A stretch of 32,000 nt of DNA from Microcystis aeruginosa NIES-2549 (GTDB lineage: Bacteria; Cyanobacteriota; Cyanobacteriia; Cyanobacteriales; Microcystaceae), in NCBI RefSeq assembly GCF_000981785.2, contig NZ_CP011304.1, forward strand, positions 2,220,001 to 2,252,000, given 5' to 3'. How positions within the stretch are numbered: the stretch's first letter is position 1; each line of letters starts with the position of its first letter. Position numbers and translations under genes: made by a program. This document shows, piece after piece, positions 1-8,345 of this stretch. The notes beneath the pieces are model-generated. The model ran no database searches, was not told the origin of the DNA, and saw only the letters and a list, made by a program, of their open reading frames with translations.

Positions 1-654
1 CATCACTAAAGGCACATGATGTTCGATTAACAGGACGGTTAAAGCTAAATTATCGCGAATTTGTCGAATTAGCTGACTTAATGACCCCTTTTCGCTAGGA
101 TTCATCCCAGCTGCCGGTTCATCGAGGAGCAATAACTGGGGTTGCAAAGCTAAAGCGCGGGCAATTTCCAAGCGTCTTTGATCACCATAGGCTAAATTAC
201 GGGCTTTTCGATTGCTTTGGTCGGTTAATCCGACTAAATCTAATAATTCCGCTGCTCTTTTATAGGTTTTTTCCTCCTCCCTTCTCGAAACTGGTAAACC
301 CAAAATTCCTGTCCAAAGATTGGCTCTATTGTGAATGTGACCAGCGATCGCTACATTTTCTAAAGCCGATAATTCACCAAATAAGCGCAAATTCTGGAAA
401 GTACGGGCAATTCCTGCCTGAGCGATCTGGTGAGGACGATAATTCGCCAGACTGTCGCCTTGATAAATTAAATCACCACTCGATAGGGGAATTAAACCGG
501 TGATCAGATTAAATAAAGTCGTTTTTCCCGCCCCATTGGGTCCAATTAAGCCAAAAATCTCGTTTTTTTGTACCTGAAAGCCAACGCCATCGACAGCGAC
601 TAATCCCCCAAATCGACGGGTGGCTCCCCGCACTTCTAATAAATTTGCTTGCAT
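1..654 (-). CDS. ABC transporter ATP-binding protein, LivG/NatA-like (amino-acid uptake type); 3' end runs off the window
   Basis: Not in the ORF track because it is truncated. Hand translation of the reverse strand from ATG (654-652) gives MQANLLEVRGATRRFGGLVAVDGVGFQVQKNEIFGLIGPNGAGKTTLFNLITG (Walker A). Further on are NLAYGDQRRLEIARALALQPQLLLLDEPAAGMNP (LivG-type signature plus Walker B) and LLIEHHVPLVM (H-loop). The frame stays open to position 1. Confidence 0.85.
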   Translation of the reverse strand, partial: MQANLLEVRGATRRFGGLVAVDGVGFQVQKNEIFGLIGPNGAGKTTLFNLITGLIPLSSGDLIYQGDSLANYRPHQIAQAGIARTFQNLRLFGELSALENVAIAGHIHNRANLWTGILGLPVSRREEEKTYKRAAELLDLVGLTDQSNRKARNLAYGDQRRLEIARALALQPQLLLLDEPAAGMNPSEKGSLSQLIRQIRDNLALTVLLIEHHVPLVM

Positions 655-928
655 CCTTGTTAACAGATTAAATTAGTCGATTTTACTCGATCAAGACGAT
701 TGGAAGTAAGCATTGCACCAACCAAAAAAAAGATATTTGTCAGGAGATTTACCCTGAAAGAATCAGTTGTAGAGATTTATCGGGCAGTTATTTTGGTCAG
801 GAAACATTTTACACAATCCCCACCAGATAAGCAAGACGGCTCACCACTACCAGCGAATCACTACCGATAACGAAAAACTGCCATAATTGCAGAAATGTCC
901 TCATCTAGCCAAAAGGCGATCGCTATTG

Positions 929-2005
929 ATGAAAAATGACGCTAAAATTATCGATCTCGTCATCCGGCTGTTTTTTCTGGGCCTGTTGTTATTTGCTGGT
1001 TTTACCCTGCTGCGTCCCTTCCTAACCATGATCCTCTGGGGAGCAATTCTAGCGATCGCTTGGTATCCGCTCTTTCTCTGGTTAAAAAAGTTACTCGCTG
1101 GCCGGGCGAAACTGGCCACAGTTCTCCTCACCCTACTTTGTCTAGGGATTATTATCGGTCCGGTGAGTGGCATTGCAGCGGTTCTGGCGGGTAATCTGCG
1201 AACGATGGCCGAGTATATCGATACTGGTGCGGCGCTGATTCCCCCTCCCCCCGCCGATGTGGCCACCTGGCCGCTGATTGGCGAAAGGATTGCCAGTCTC
1301 TGGCAGCAGGCATCGGATAACACGGGTCAATTTCTTCAACGCTTCGAGCCACAATTAAAAGAACTGGGGAAAATCTCCCTTTCCCTAGCCACCAGTACCG
1401 GTCTGACGGTGCTGAAATTTATCGCCTCGATTCTGATTGCGGCGGCCCTCACCCTCTCGGCTAAAAATCTGACTCGCCTGATGAACCGGTTAGCGGAAAA
1501 GATCGCCCCGGGTAGAGGAATCGCGCTGGCCAGTCTTACCGCCTCCACCGTCCGCAATGTTAGCCGTGGTGTTATTGGCGTTGCTATTATCCAGAGTCTT
1601 TTGATCGGCATCGGTTTAGTGACGGTGGGAACGCCTGCGGCCGGTTTATTAACTCTCCTCACCCTAATTTTGGGTATTCTGCAAATTGGCCCCGGTTTGA
1701 TTGTCTTGGGGGCGCTCATTCACGCTTGGGTAACACTACCCCATTCCATCGCCCTATTATTTACCCTCTGGATGATTCCCGCCACCCTGGTGGATAATTT
1801 CCTCAAGCCGATCTTAATGGGGCGCGGTCTGCCCATTCCTATGGTGGTGATTCTGTTGGGGGTGTTCGGGGGAGTGATCGCCTACGGGATTATCGGTTTG
1901 TTCGTCGGACCGGTTCTGCTCGGTCTCTGCTACGAGTTAGTTAGGGCTTGGATTGGCGAGGATAGCCCCGAACCAGTGGCAAATAGCCATGATGAGCCAA
2001 TCTAA
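929..2005 (+). CDS. AI-2E family transporter (PerM / UPF0118 permease)
   Basis: The ORF is 887-2005. The likely true start is ATG 929 (MKNDAKIIDL), because 887 is a TTG. It is a multi-pass hydrophobic protein with the typical C-terminal block NFLKPILMGRGLPIPMVVILLGVFGGVIAYGIIGLFVGPVLL. Antisense ORFs inside it are compositional artefacts. Confidence 0.85.
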   Translation: MKNDAKIIDLVIRLFFLGLLLFAGFTLLRPFLTMILWGAILAIAWYPLFLWLKKLLAGRAKLATVLLTLLCLGIIIGPVSGIAAVLAGNLRTMAEYIDTGAALIPPPPADVATWPLIGERIASLWQQASDNTGQFLQRFEPQLKELGKISLSLATSTGLTVLKFIASILIAAALTLSAKNLTRLMNRLAEKIAPGRGIALASLTASTVRNVSRGVIGVAIIQSLLIGIGLVTVGTPAAGLLTLLTLILGILQIGPGLIVLGALIHAWVTLPHSIALLFTLWMIPATLVDNFLKPILMGRGLPIPMVVILLGVFGGVIAYGIIGLFVGPVLLGLCYELVRAWIGEDSPEPVANSHDEPI

Positions 2006-2522
2006 GGGCGGATATGTCTAATTTTTACCTTGAAAAGGCTCGCCGGTTTAGGGGTTGTCATCCGTGGCCACTACCTTATTTTTACCCGGAGTCGCTAGAC
2101 TCAGTTTTGGGGCTTATGCAGAAACTGAATAAAATGCGAAAATATCTCCTACATAAATAGGGTTTGCGGCAAAAAGTACGGGCGAAGCCTGTGGTGACTC
2201 TCAGCCAATTAGTTGATCACAAACGTTGTTAGGTAACATTTTAAGAATAAGAAAAGATGATGGGAATCTGACAAGATTTTGCCCTGAGGGTGGCCAAGAG
2301 ATTTTCATCAATCTAGAGGGACTTGTTAACCCTGAACAATCCTGTTTTTTTTAACAAGTCAGACTAAATCTTTCCGGGAGGACTTTAAAAATTGCCTTGG
2401 CATAAGTTGCTATTTGAGAGAGGAAAATATAGAAGCAGCTGATTATTTATTAAGCTACTTTTTTTAATTTTTAACGGGTTAGGACTGAGATATACTGAAA
2501 TGGTTGCTTATAGATCACTACT

Positions 2523-4058
2523 ATGGGACGTTTAGCGCTGATCAGCGTGACTGACAAAACCGGAATAGTTGACTTTGCCCGTCAGCTAACAGAAGAGTTT
2601 GATTTTGAAATTATTAGCAGTGGAGGAACCGCCAAAACACTGCAATCGGCGGGGATTCCCGTGATAAAAGTGGGAGAATACACAGGCTCTCCTGAAATCT
2701 TGGGCGGAAGGGTGAAAACTCTCCATCCTCGCATCCATGGCGGTATTTTGGCTAGACGGGATTGGCAGTCAGATTTAGCGGAAATGGAGGCTAATCAAAT
2801 TCGTCCTTTTGATTTGGTGGTGGTTAATCTCTATCCCTTTGAACAGACGATCGCCAATCCTGATGTTACCACCGCTCAGGCGATCGAACAAATCGATATT
2901 GGTGGTCCGGCGATGTTACGCGCCTCGGCTAAAAATTTCGCCCATTTGACTGTCATCAGTAACCCGAAGTATTACGAGCAGTATTTAAGCCAATTACGGC
3001 AAAATAACGGCGAAATCTCCCTGGAATTCCGTCAAAAAATGGCGGGGGAAACCTTCGCTTTAACCAATGCCTACGATCAGGCGATCGCTGCCTATTTCGC
3101 CAGCTTAAACGGGGAAACGACTCGCTTTAATTTGGCAGGAAATGCCCTGCAAACCCTGCGTTACGGCGAAAATCCCCACCAAAGTGCCACTTGGTACGGC
3201 AGCGGGACAATGGCTCACGGTTGGGTAAAAGCGACCTTATTACAGGGAAAAGAACTAAGTTATAACAATTTAGTCGATTTAGAAGCAGCCCGCCGTTTAA
3301 TCGCTGAATTCGGCAGTGAAGAACCAGCCGCCGCTATCTTGAAACACAATAATCCCTGTGGGGTGGCGATCGGTGATAGTTTAGTGGAAGCTTATACTAA
3401 AGCTTTTCATGCCGATGCTATCTCGGCTTTTGGGGGTATTGTTGCCCTAAATCAAGCCATAGATGAAGCAACCGCTAAAGAATTAACGAAAACCTTCCTA
3501 GAATGCGTGGTTGCCCCCGATTGTAGCCCCGAAGCCCGGGATATACTCGCTAAAAAGTCAAAAGTGCGGATTTTATTGCTGCCGGATTTAAGCACGGGAG
3601 AAAAACAAACAGTAAAAGTTATCGCCGGCGGTTTTCTAGTACAAGCGGCCGATGATGTGGTAGAAACCCCGGAGGAGTGGCGCGTGGTGACAGAAAAACA
3701 ACCCACTGCCGCACAATTAGCGGAATTACTGTTTGCTTGGAAAGTATCTAAGCACGTTAAATCTAATGCTATTGTGGTGACAAAAAATCAAACTACTTTA
3801 GGTGTTGGTGCGGGGCAAATGAATCGCGTTGGTTCGACGAAAATTGCCCTTGAACAAGCAGGGGAAGCGGCCAAAGGTGGCTATTTGGCTAGTGATGGCT
3901 TTTTCCCTTTTGATGATTCTATTCGCACGGCGGCCCAGTTTGGTATCGAGGCAATTGTTCAACCAGGAGGTTCTTTAAAAGATCAGGATTCGATTAATGC
4001 CGCTAATGAGTTAGGTTTAATTATGGTCCTAACAGGCATTCGTCATTTCTTGCATTAA
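2523..4058 (+). CDS. purH: Bifunctional AICAR formyltransferase / IMP cyclohydrolase
   Basis: 511 aa. N-terminal MGS-like block ALISVTDKTGIVDFARQL...GGTAKTL, then VKTLHPRIHGGILARR, VVVNLYPF, IDIGGPAMLRASAKN, YGENPHQ, SYNNLVDLEAA, KHNNPCGVA and the C-terminal GIRHFLH. All are classic PurH motifs. Confidence 0.97.
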   Translation: MGRLALISVTDKTGIVDFARQLTEEFDFEIISSGGTAKTLQSAGIPVIKVGEYTGSPEILGGRVKTLHPRIHGGILARRDWQSDLAEMEANQIRPFDLVVVNLYPFEQTIANPDVTTAQAIEQIDIGGPAMLRASAKNFAHLTVISNPKYYEQYLSQLRQNNGEISLEFRQKMAGETFALTNAYDQAIAAYFASLNGETTRFNLAGNALQTLRYGENPHQSATWYGSGTMAHGWVKATLLQGKELSYNNLVDLEAARRLIAEFGSEEPAAAILKHNNPCGVAIGDSLVEAYTKAFHADAISAFGGIVALNQAIDEATAKELTKTFLECVVAPDCSPEARDILAKKSKVRILLLPDLSTGEKQTVKVIAGGFLVQAADDVVETPEEWRVVTEKQPTAAQLAELLFAWKVSKHVKSNAIVVTKNQTTLGVGAGQMNRVGSTKIALEQAGEAAKGGYLASDGFFPFDDSIRTAAQFGIEAIVQPGGSLKDQDSINAANELGLIMVLTGIRHFLH

Positions 4059-4115
4059 TACAAAGTTAGGGGGTGTTGCTGCGGGTAAGTGAGTCGTTAG
4101 GCATTCAATCTACTT

Positions 4116-4187
4116 ACAGCCCAGAGGCAGGCGTTGACAATTGACGTAGGATTAGTTAGTATGATGCTCTAATCCTACTGGGCTGTC
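4116..4187 (+). promoter_or_regulatory. Putative sigma70-type promoter with nested inverted repeats (candidate autoregulatory operator) upstream of the mazEF-like pair
   Basis: TTGACA (4134-4139), 17-nt spacer, TAGTAT (4157-4162), about 40 nt before the antitoxin ATG. A perfect 10-bp inverted repeat GTAGGATTAG (4146-4155) / CTAATCCTAC (4169-4178) straddles the -10. An outer 9-bp inverted repeat ACAGCCCAG (4116-4124) / CTGGGCTGT (4178-4186) encloses the whole promoter. Confidence 0.45.
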
Positions 4188-4204
4188 GTGGGCAGTTTAG
4201 GGCA

Positions 4205-4429
4205 ATGAGTAAGAAAGTTAGCATAACCTTAGACGACGAAGTTTTGGACTTTGTAGATCGACTAGCAAGCAATCGTAGCCGCTTTATCAATGATGTTCTC
4301 TGGCAAGAGAAGAAAAGGGTTTTTATGAAAGAGCTAGAAGATGCTTATAAAGATCAGGCCAATGATCCAGAGATGCAAGCAGAAATTTCTGTCTGGGATA
4401 TTGCAGTGGGTGATGGTCTAAATGCCTAA
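4205..4429 (+). CDS. Ribbon-helix-helix (CopG/MazE-like) antitoxin
   Basis: 74 aa. N-terminal RHH pattern KVSITLDDEVLDFVDRLASNRSRFINDVL with an acidic C-terminal tail. It overlaps the downstream PemK/MazF gene by 8 nt (ATGCCTAA). Confidence 0.75.
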   Translation: MSKKVSITLDDEVLDFVDRLASNRSRFINDVLWQEKKRVFMKELEDAYKDQANDPEMQAEISVWDIAVGDGLNA

Positions 4430-4790
4430 TGGAAGACTAACCTATAAGCGAGGAGAGATATGGTGGGTCGATCTGAAACCCGTTGTTGGTTATGAAACCG
4501 ATAAAGAACGTCCTTGTCTGATTTTACAAAACGATATTGGCAATCAAAATGGAACAACGACAATAGTTGCTCCATTGTTGCCAGGAAAAAGAACTTATCC
4601 TTTTGTTGTCAATATTACCCCGACAGTGCAGAATGGACTAGACGGAGATCGACACATCAACTTAAGTCAAATGAGGGCTGTAGATTCTCAGAGAATTAAG
4701 AATCAACAGGGTGTTTTAGAAGACGTTTATTGGGAAGAAATAGAGAAAGCAGTCTGTATTCAACTCGGTTTCAGTTTAGCTTTTAATTAG
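4422..4790 (+). CDS. mazF: Type II toxin, PemK/MazF family endoribonuclease
   Basis: 122 aa. The block RGEIWWVDLKPVVGYETDKERPCLILQNDIGNQNGTTTIVAPL is the characteristic PemK/MazF N-terminal SH3-like signature. It is translationally coupled to the upstream RHH gene. Confidence 0.9.
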   Translation: MPNGRLTYKRGEIWWVDLKPVVGYETDKERPCLILQNDIGNQNGTTTIVAPLLPGKRTYPFVVNITPTVQNGLDGDRHINLSQMRAVDSQRIKNQQGVLEDVYWEEIEKAVCIQLGFSLAFN

Positions 4791-4843
4791 CAAATAAACA
4801 GTAATTTTTACCCCAACCCTAATCCCTCACCCCCAATAAAATT

Positions 4844-5650
4844 ATGATGCACGGTTTTATTCCCCCTCATCGTTATTTTCCCTATCTTACTTGGACCGAT
4901 ATAGATTCAATGCCAGATAAGGAAAATGTGGTAATTATTCAACCCATTGGTGCGATCGAACAACACGGACCCCATCTACCTATTGCCGTCGATGCTGCCA
5001 TTAGTTTAGGGGTTTTAGGCAAAGCTTTCGAGAAATTAAATACAAATGTTCCCGCCTTTGCTTTACCCTGTCTCTACTACGGAAAATCTAACGAACATTG
5101 GTCTTTCCCCGGCACTATTACCCTCTCGGCAGCCACCTTATTAACCCTCATTCAAGAGATAGCTGAAAGTCTCTATCGTTCGGGTTTTCGCAAGTTAGTA
5201 TTAATGAACTCCCACGGCGGACAACCGCAAGTTATGGAAATTGCCGCTAGGGATATTCATCAACAATATCCCGATTTTTTAGTATTTCCTTTTTTCACTT
5301 GGCGAGTTCCCCACAATGCAGCTGAATTATTCTCGGAATATGAATTAGAATACGGTATTCATGCAGGAGATGTGGAAACTAGCATTATGTTATCATTACT
5401 GCCAGAACAGGTCAAAATTGAGCGGGCTGTGCGAGAATATCCCCAAGGTTTGCCAGAAAATAGTTTGTTAACTATGGAAGGAAAATTACCCTTTGCTTGG
5501 TTAACTAAGGAATTAACTAAAAGTGGAGTGATGGGAGATGCTACTAATGCAAGTAAAGAAAAAGGCGATCGATTATTAGAATCCGTTGCTAATGGTTGGG
5601 TACAGGCGATCATTGATGTTTATCGATTCCGTCAACCGAAGTTATACTAA
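4844..5650 (+). CDS. Creatininase-family amidohydrolase
   Basis: 268 aa. QPIGAIEQHGPHLPIAVDA, NSHGGQ and GIHAGDVETS match the metal-binding motifs of the creatinine amidohydrolase family. Confidence 0.88.
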   Translation: MMHGFIPPHRYFPYLTWTDIDSMPDKENVVIIQPIGAIEQHGPHLPIAVDAAISLGVLGKAFEKLNTNVPAFALPCLYYGKSNEHWSFPGTITLSAATLLTLIQEIAESLYRSGFRKLVLMNSHGGQPQVMEIAARDIHQQYPDFLVFPFFTWRVPHNAAELFSEYELEYGIHAGDVETSIMLSLLPEQVKIERAVREYPQGLPENSLLTMEGKLPFAWLTKELTKSGVMGDATNASKEKGDRLLESVANGWVQAIIDVYRFRQPKLY

Positions 5651-5910
5651 TAAAAAATTAATCAGAATTGTTAATAAGCTGTACTGCATTTAAACTGTCT
5701 ATTGCTAATTTTATTAGCAAGGATAAAACTCCATCTTCCTTCTTCTTTGATTCGGGAATTTGAACACCATCTTCTATGAGAATTAATAGAAAAATTTTTA
5801 ACCAAATAGGTTAATTTTTAGCATAATTATTAATCTCAATCATGAGTTTTATCCTTGAGGGTTTAGAAATTTTGTAACCAGTCACAAAAATAAAAAAAAC
5901 GACATTATTT

Positions 5911-6297
5911 TTACCATATTTTTTGTACGGGATAAGCATCGAAAACAGAATCAACGCCTAAAATAATTAGGTTTTCCGTAATTGCTTGAGAAATTAATAA
6001 ACGATCAAACGGGTCTTTGTGATAATAAGGTAAGGTGTCCAATGTCCAAATATGAGATAATTTCATGGGTAAAATCTGCACATCATTAATTTTAGTTTGA
6101 TCTTTAACTATTTCCGAGAGAGAAATATCTAAATTTAATTTGCCTAACTGTACCTTGATCTGTATTTCCCAGACGCTGACCAAACTCAAGAAAAGAAGAT
6201 TATTTCTATTTTCTAGTATCTCAATTGCTGATGAGGAAAGCTGAGGAGAATTCTGGGAAAACCAGATTAAAGTATGACTATCTAAGAGAATATTCAT
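5911..6297 (-). CDS. vapC: PIN-domain toxin (VapC-like)
   Basis: 128 aa. N-terminus MNILLDSHTLIWF and C-terminal block DPFDRLLISQAITENLIILGVDSVF are typical PIN acidic-residue motifs. There is a 4-nt ATGA overlap with the upstream small gene. Confidence 0.85.
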   Translation of the reverse strand: MNILLDSHTLIWFSQNSPQLSSSAIEILENRNNLLFLSLVSVWEIQIKVQLGKLNLDISLSEIVKDQTKINDVQILPMKLSHIWTLDTLPYYHKDPFDRLLISQAITENLIILGVDSVFDAYPVQKIW

Positions 6298-6521
6298 GAG
6301 TCAAAATTCCAGAAGTTATCTGGTAAGGGTTGATTGAAATCATCACTCATCCAAATTTTCCCCTGATGCAACCCAAAGACTCGTTTTTTAGGGGAAGATG
6401 ACGGCTCCTTTTCCTCCGTGAGTGCTTCTACATATTCTAAGATTTGTTTTTGTTTATCTAGAGGAATTTCCTGTAGCTTGTTAATAATGCTTTCTGTAAT
6501 TTTATTGCCAGAAATAGTCAT
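6294..6521 (-). CDS. Small antitoxin partner of the PIN toxin (DUF2281-like tail)
   Basis: 75 aa. The call rests on position, coupling to the PIN gene and the C-terminal motif GLHQGKIWMSDDFNQPLPDNFW, which is typical of cyanobacterial VapB-type partners. Confidence 0.7.
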   Translation of the reverse strand: MTISGNKITESIINKLQEIPLDKQKQILEYVEALTEEKEPSSSPKKRVFGLHQGKIWMSDDFNQPLPDNFWNFDS

Positions 6522-7032
6522 GGTTTTCTCAATATCTACTGAAATCTACACTTCCAGCTTCATGATAGCATTTTAAACATAAATAAAGTTAATTTTTGTA
6601 GAACCACTTCCCCAACTTGTTTAAGAGAGTTCCTGCAAAAATCAAAAATCTTCCGTGAGGAGACTCCGAGACGGTTTACAGGAGGAGAAAAAAGACAAGA
6701 GACAACTATCCTGTCCATAAAACCCAAGATTATGTCAAATTTATCTGAGGTTTTCGATATTTTGAGCCGATAGCACCTCGAAAACTTACTTTTACAGGAG
6801 GTTTAAGCTAAATTAATCCTATTGTTAAGGATATTAGCTAGAGCAGTTATCTTAATGAGCAGGTACAAAATTTTCGTTTTCGGGAGTCGGTCTTCCATAC
6901 CAAATTAGGTTACACTTCATCTTTATCAGAAACACTGTAACACACAGAAATTAGCTGTTTCAGTCCCCTAAGGCTGCTGACTTAGAAACAATTGCGTTAG
7001 AATTAAAGAAATATTACAAGTGATTGACAAAA

Positions 7033-7701
7033 ATGAGTAAGCCTGATATAGAAGCCATTGCCCTCCAGTTAGAAAGCAGCAACTCCAAAGATCGTCTGCT
7101 GGCCTTGGCCTCCCTGCGAGAAGTGACCCCGGAGGAAGCTGTACCCTTGATCAAAAAAGTCCTTTATGATGAAATGCTGCCGGTGCGATCGATGGCTGTC
7201 TTTGCTTTGGGAGTCAAACAAACCGAGGAATGCTTTCCTATCCTAGTGGATTTGTTAGCCAATGATGCCGATTATGGCATTCGCGCCGATGCTGCGGGGG
7301 CTTTAGGTTATTTAGAAGATATTCGCGCTTTTGAACCCCTACAGAGGGCTTTTTACGAAGACACGCAATGGTTAGTCCGCTTTAGTGCCGCCGTCGCTTT
7401 GGGCAATTTGGGCGATATTCGGGCTAAACAGGTGTTATTATCGGCCCTCGATAGTAACGAAGCGGTTATTCAACAGGCCGCTATTGCTGCCCTTGGGGAA
7501 ATCAAAGCAGTGGAAACCGTCGAGAAGCTTTTAACCTTTGTTAACTCCGATGACTGGTTAATCCGGCAGCGATTAGCGGAAGCTTTAGGCCACCTTCCGG
7601 CGGAAAAAACGATCGCGGCCTTAAAATTTTTGGTCAAAGACGAACACCCACAAGTGCGCGAAGCAGCCCGTTTATCCTTGCAAAAATTGGCCAACGTCTA
7701 G
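7033..7701 (+). CDS. HEAT-repeat protein, phycocyanobilin-lyase-related (CpcE/NblB-like)
   Basis: The ORF is 7024-7701 and the likely start is ATG 7033. It has repeated PBS-lyase HEAT units: VRSMAVFALG, IRADAAGALG, VRFSAAVALGNLGD, QQAAIAALGEI, IRQRLAEALG, VREAARLSL. Confidence 0.8.
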   Translation: MSKPDIEAIALQLESSNSKDRLLALASLREVTPEEAVPLIKKVLYDEMLPVRSMAVFALGVKQTEECFPILVDLLANDADYGIRADAAGALGYLEDIRAFEPLQRAFYEDTQWLVRFSAAVALGNLGDIRAKQVLLSALDSNEAVIQQAAIAALGEIKAVETVEKLLTFVNSDDWLIRQRLAEALGHLPAEKTIAALKFLVKDEHPQVREAARLSLQKLANV

Positions 7702-7762
7702 GGATAGGATAGAATAAATAATCTATTCTTCCAGAGCGATCGATCTTTGCCTACAGCCATTC

Positions 7763-8275
7763 ATGGACATTCAAGAATTTATTAATCTCTGTGCGGGTAA
7801 ATGGTTTTCTCAGCGCACCAGTTATCAATTAGCCGCCCAAAAAGTTGCCAATAATAAAGCAGAAATCACCATCGATTTGCTGACTGCCGATGCTGCCGAT
7901 GTGGTGCAATTATGTTTAGAAAATAACTGTCAGTCCCAGTCCAGTCTAGGGGGATGGAAAGCGACTTGGGATAATTCCGTGGACTATGGACAACCGAAAA
8001 AAATCGGTTCTAGCTATTTAGTTTGGCTACCCTCAGAGAATCCTTGGCAGGGAAAATTAATCACATCGGACGCTAAATCGGCAGCGCTGGGAGAATATCA
8101 TCTCAGAAGCGATCAAGCTTTGACTTTAACCATCGAGGACAATCACCATCGTATCGAGGAAAGAATCTGGTTTGCTAGTCCTAATCTGAGATTGCGTACC
8201 AGTATTATCCAGTCGGTCAATGGCGATCGCCAGACGGTTTTCTATTCGGAAATTCGCAAAATGGTTGCTTCTTAA
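7763..8275 (+). CDS. CpcS/CpeS-family phycobiliprotein lyase-like protein
   Basis: 170 aa. The N-terminal signature FINLCAGKWFSQRTSY, the length and the C-terminal FYSEIR resemble S-type (lipocalin-fold) bilin lyases. It lies directly downstream of the HEAT-repeat gene. Confidence 0.72.
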   Translation: MDIQEFINLCAGKWFSQRTSYQLAAQKVANNKAEITIDLLTADAADVVQLCLENNCQSQSSLGGWKATWDNSVDYGQPKKIGSSYLVWLPSENPWQGKLITSDAKSAALGEYHLRSDQALTLTIEDNHHRIEERIWFASPNLRLRTSIIQSVNGDRQTVFYSEIRKMVAS

Positions 8276-8345
8276 GTAGTTGCCATCCCCAATCTCTGAG
8301 GTGGGGAAGACAGGGTTAATCTTCCACCACTCCAGTCAAATCCTC

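Noticed and set aside
901-1719. Four antisense ORFs (901-1323, 1142-1354, 1152-1352, 1336-1719) inside the PerM gene
   Set aside because: They are Arg/Pro/Ala-rich translations of the complement of a GC-rich membrane-protein gene. They overlap each other and have no recognisable motifs, whereas the sense-strand product has clear transporter features.
2006-2522. ZTP (pfl) riboswitch upstream of purH
   Set aside because: I looked for the conserved ZTP core and pseudoknot sequences and could not find them. I did not call the region as an RNA feature and left it as a low-interest open question.
5701-5720. Hairpin TTGCTAAT-TTT-ATTAGCAA downstream of the creatininase-family gene as a terminator
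   Set aside because: The stem is AT-rich and only 8 bp, with no following T-run. This is too weak to call an intrinsic terminator.
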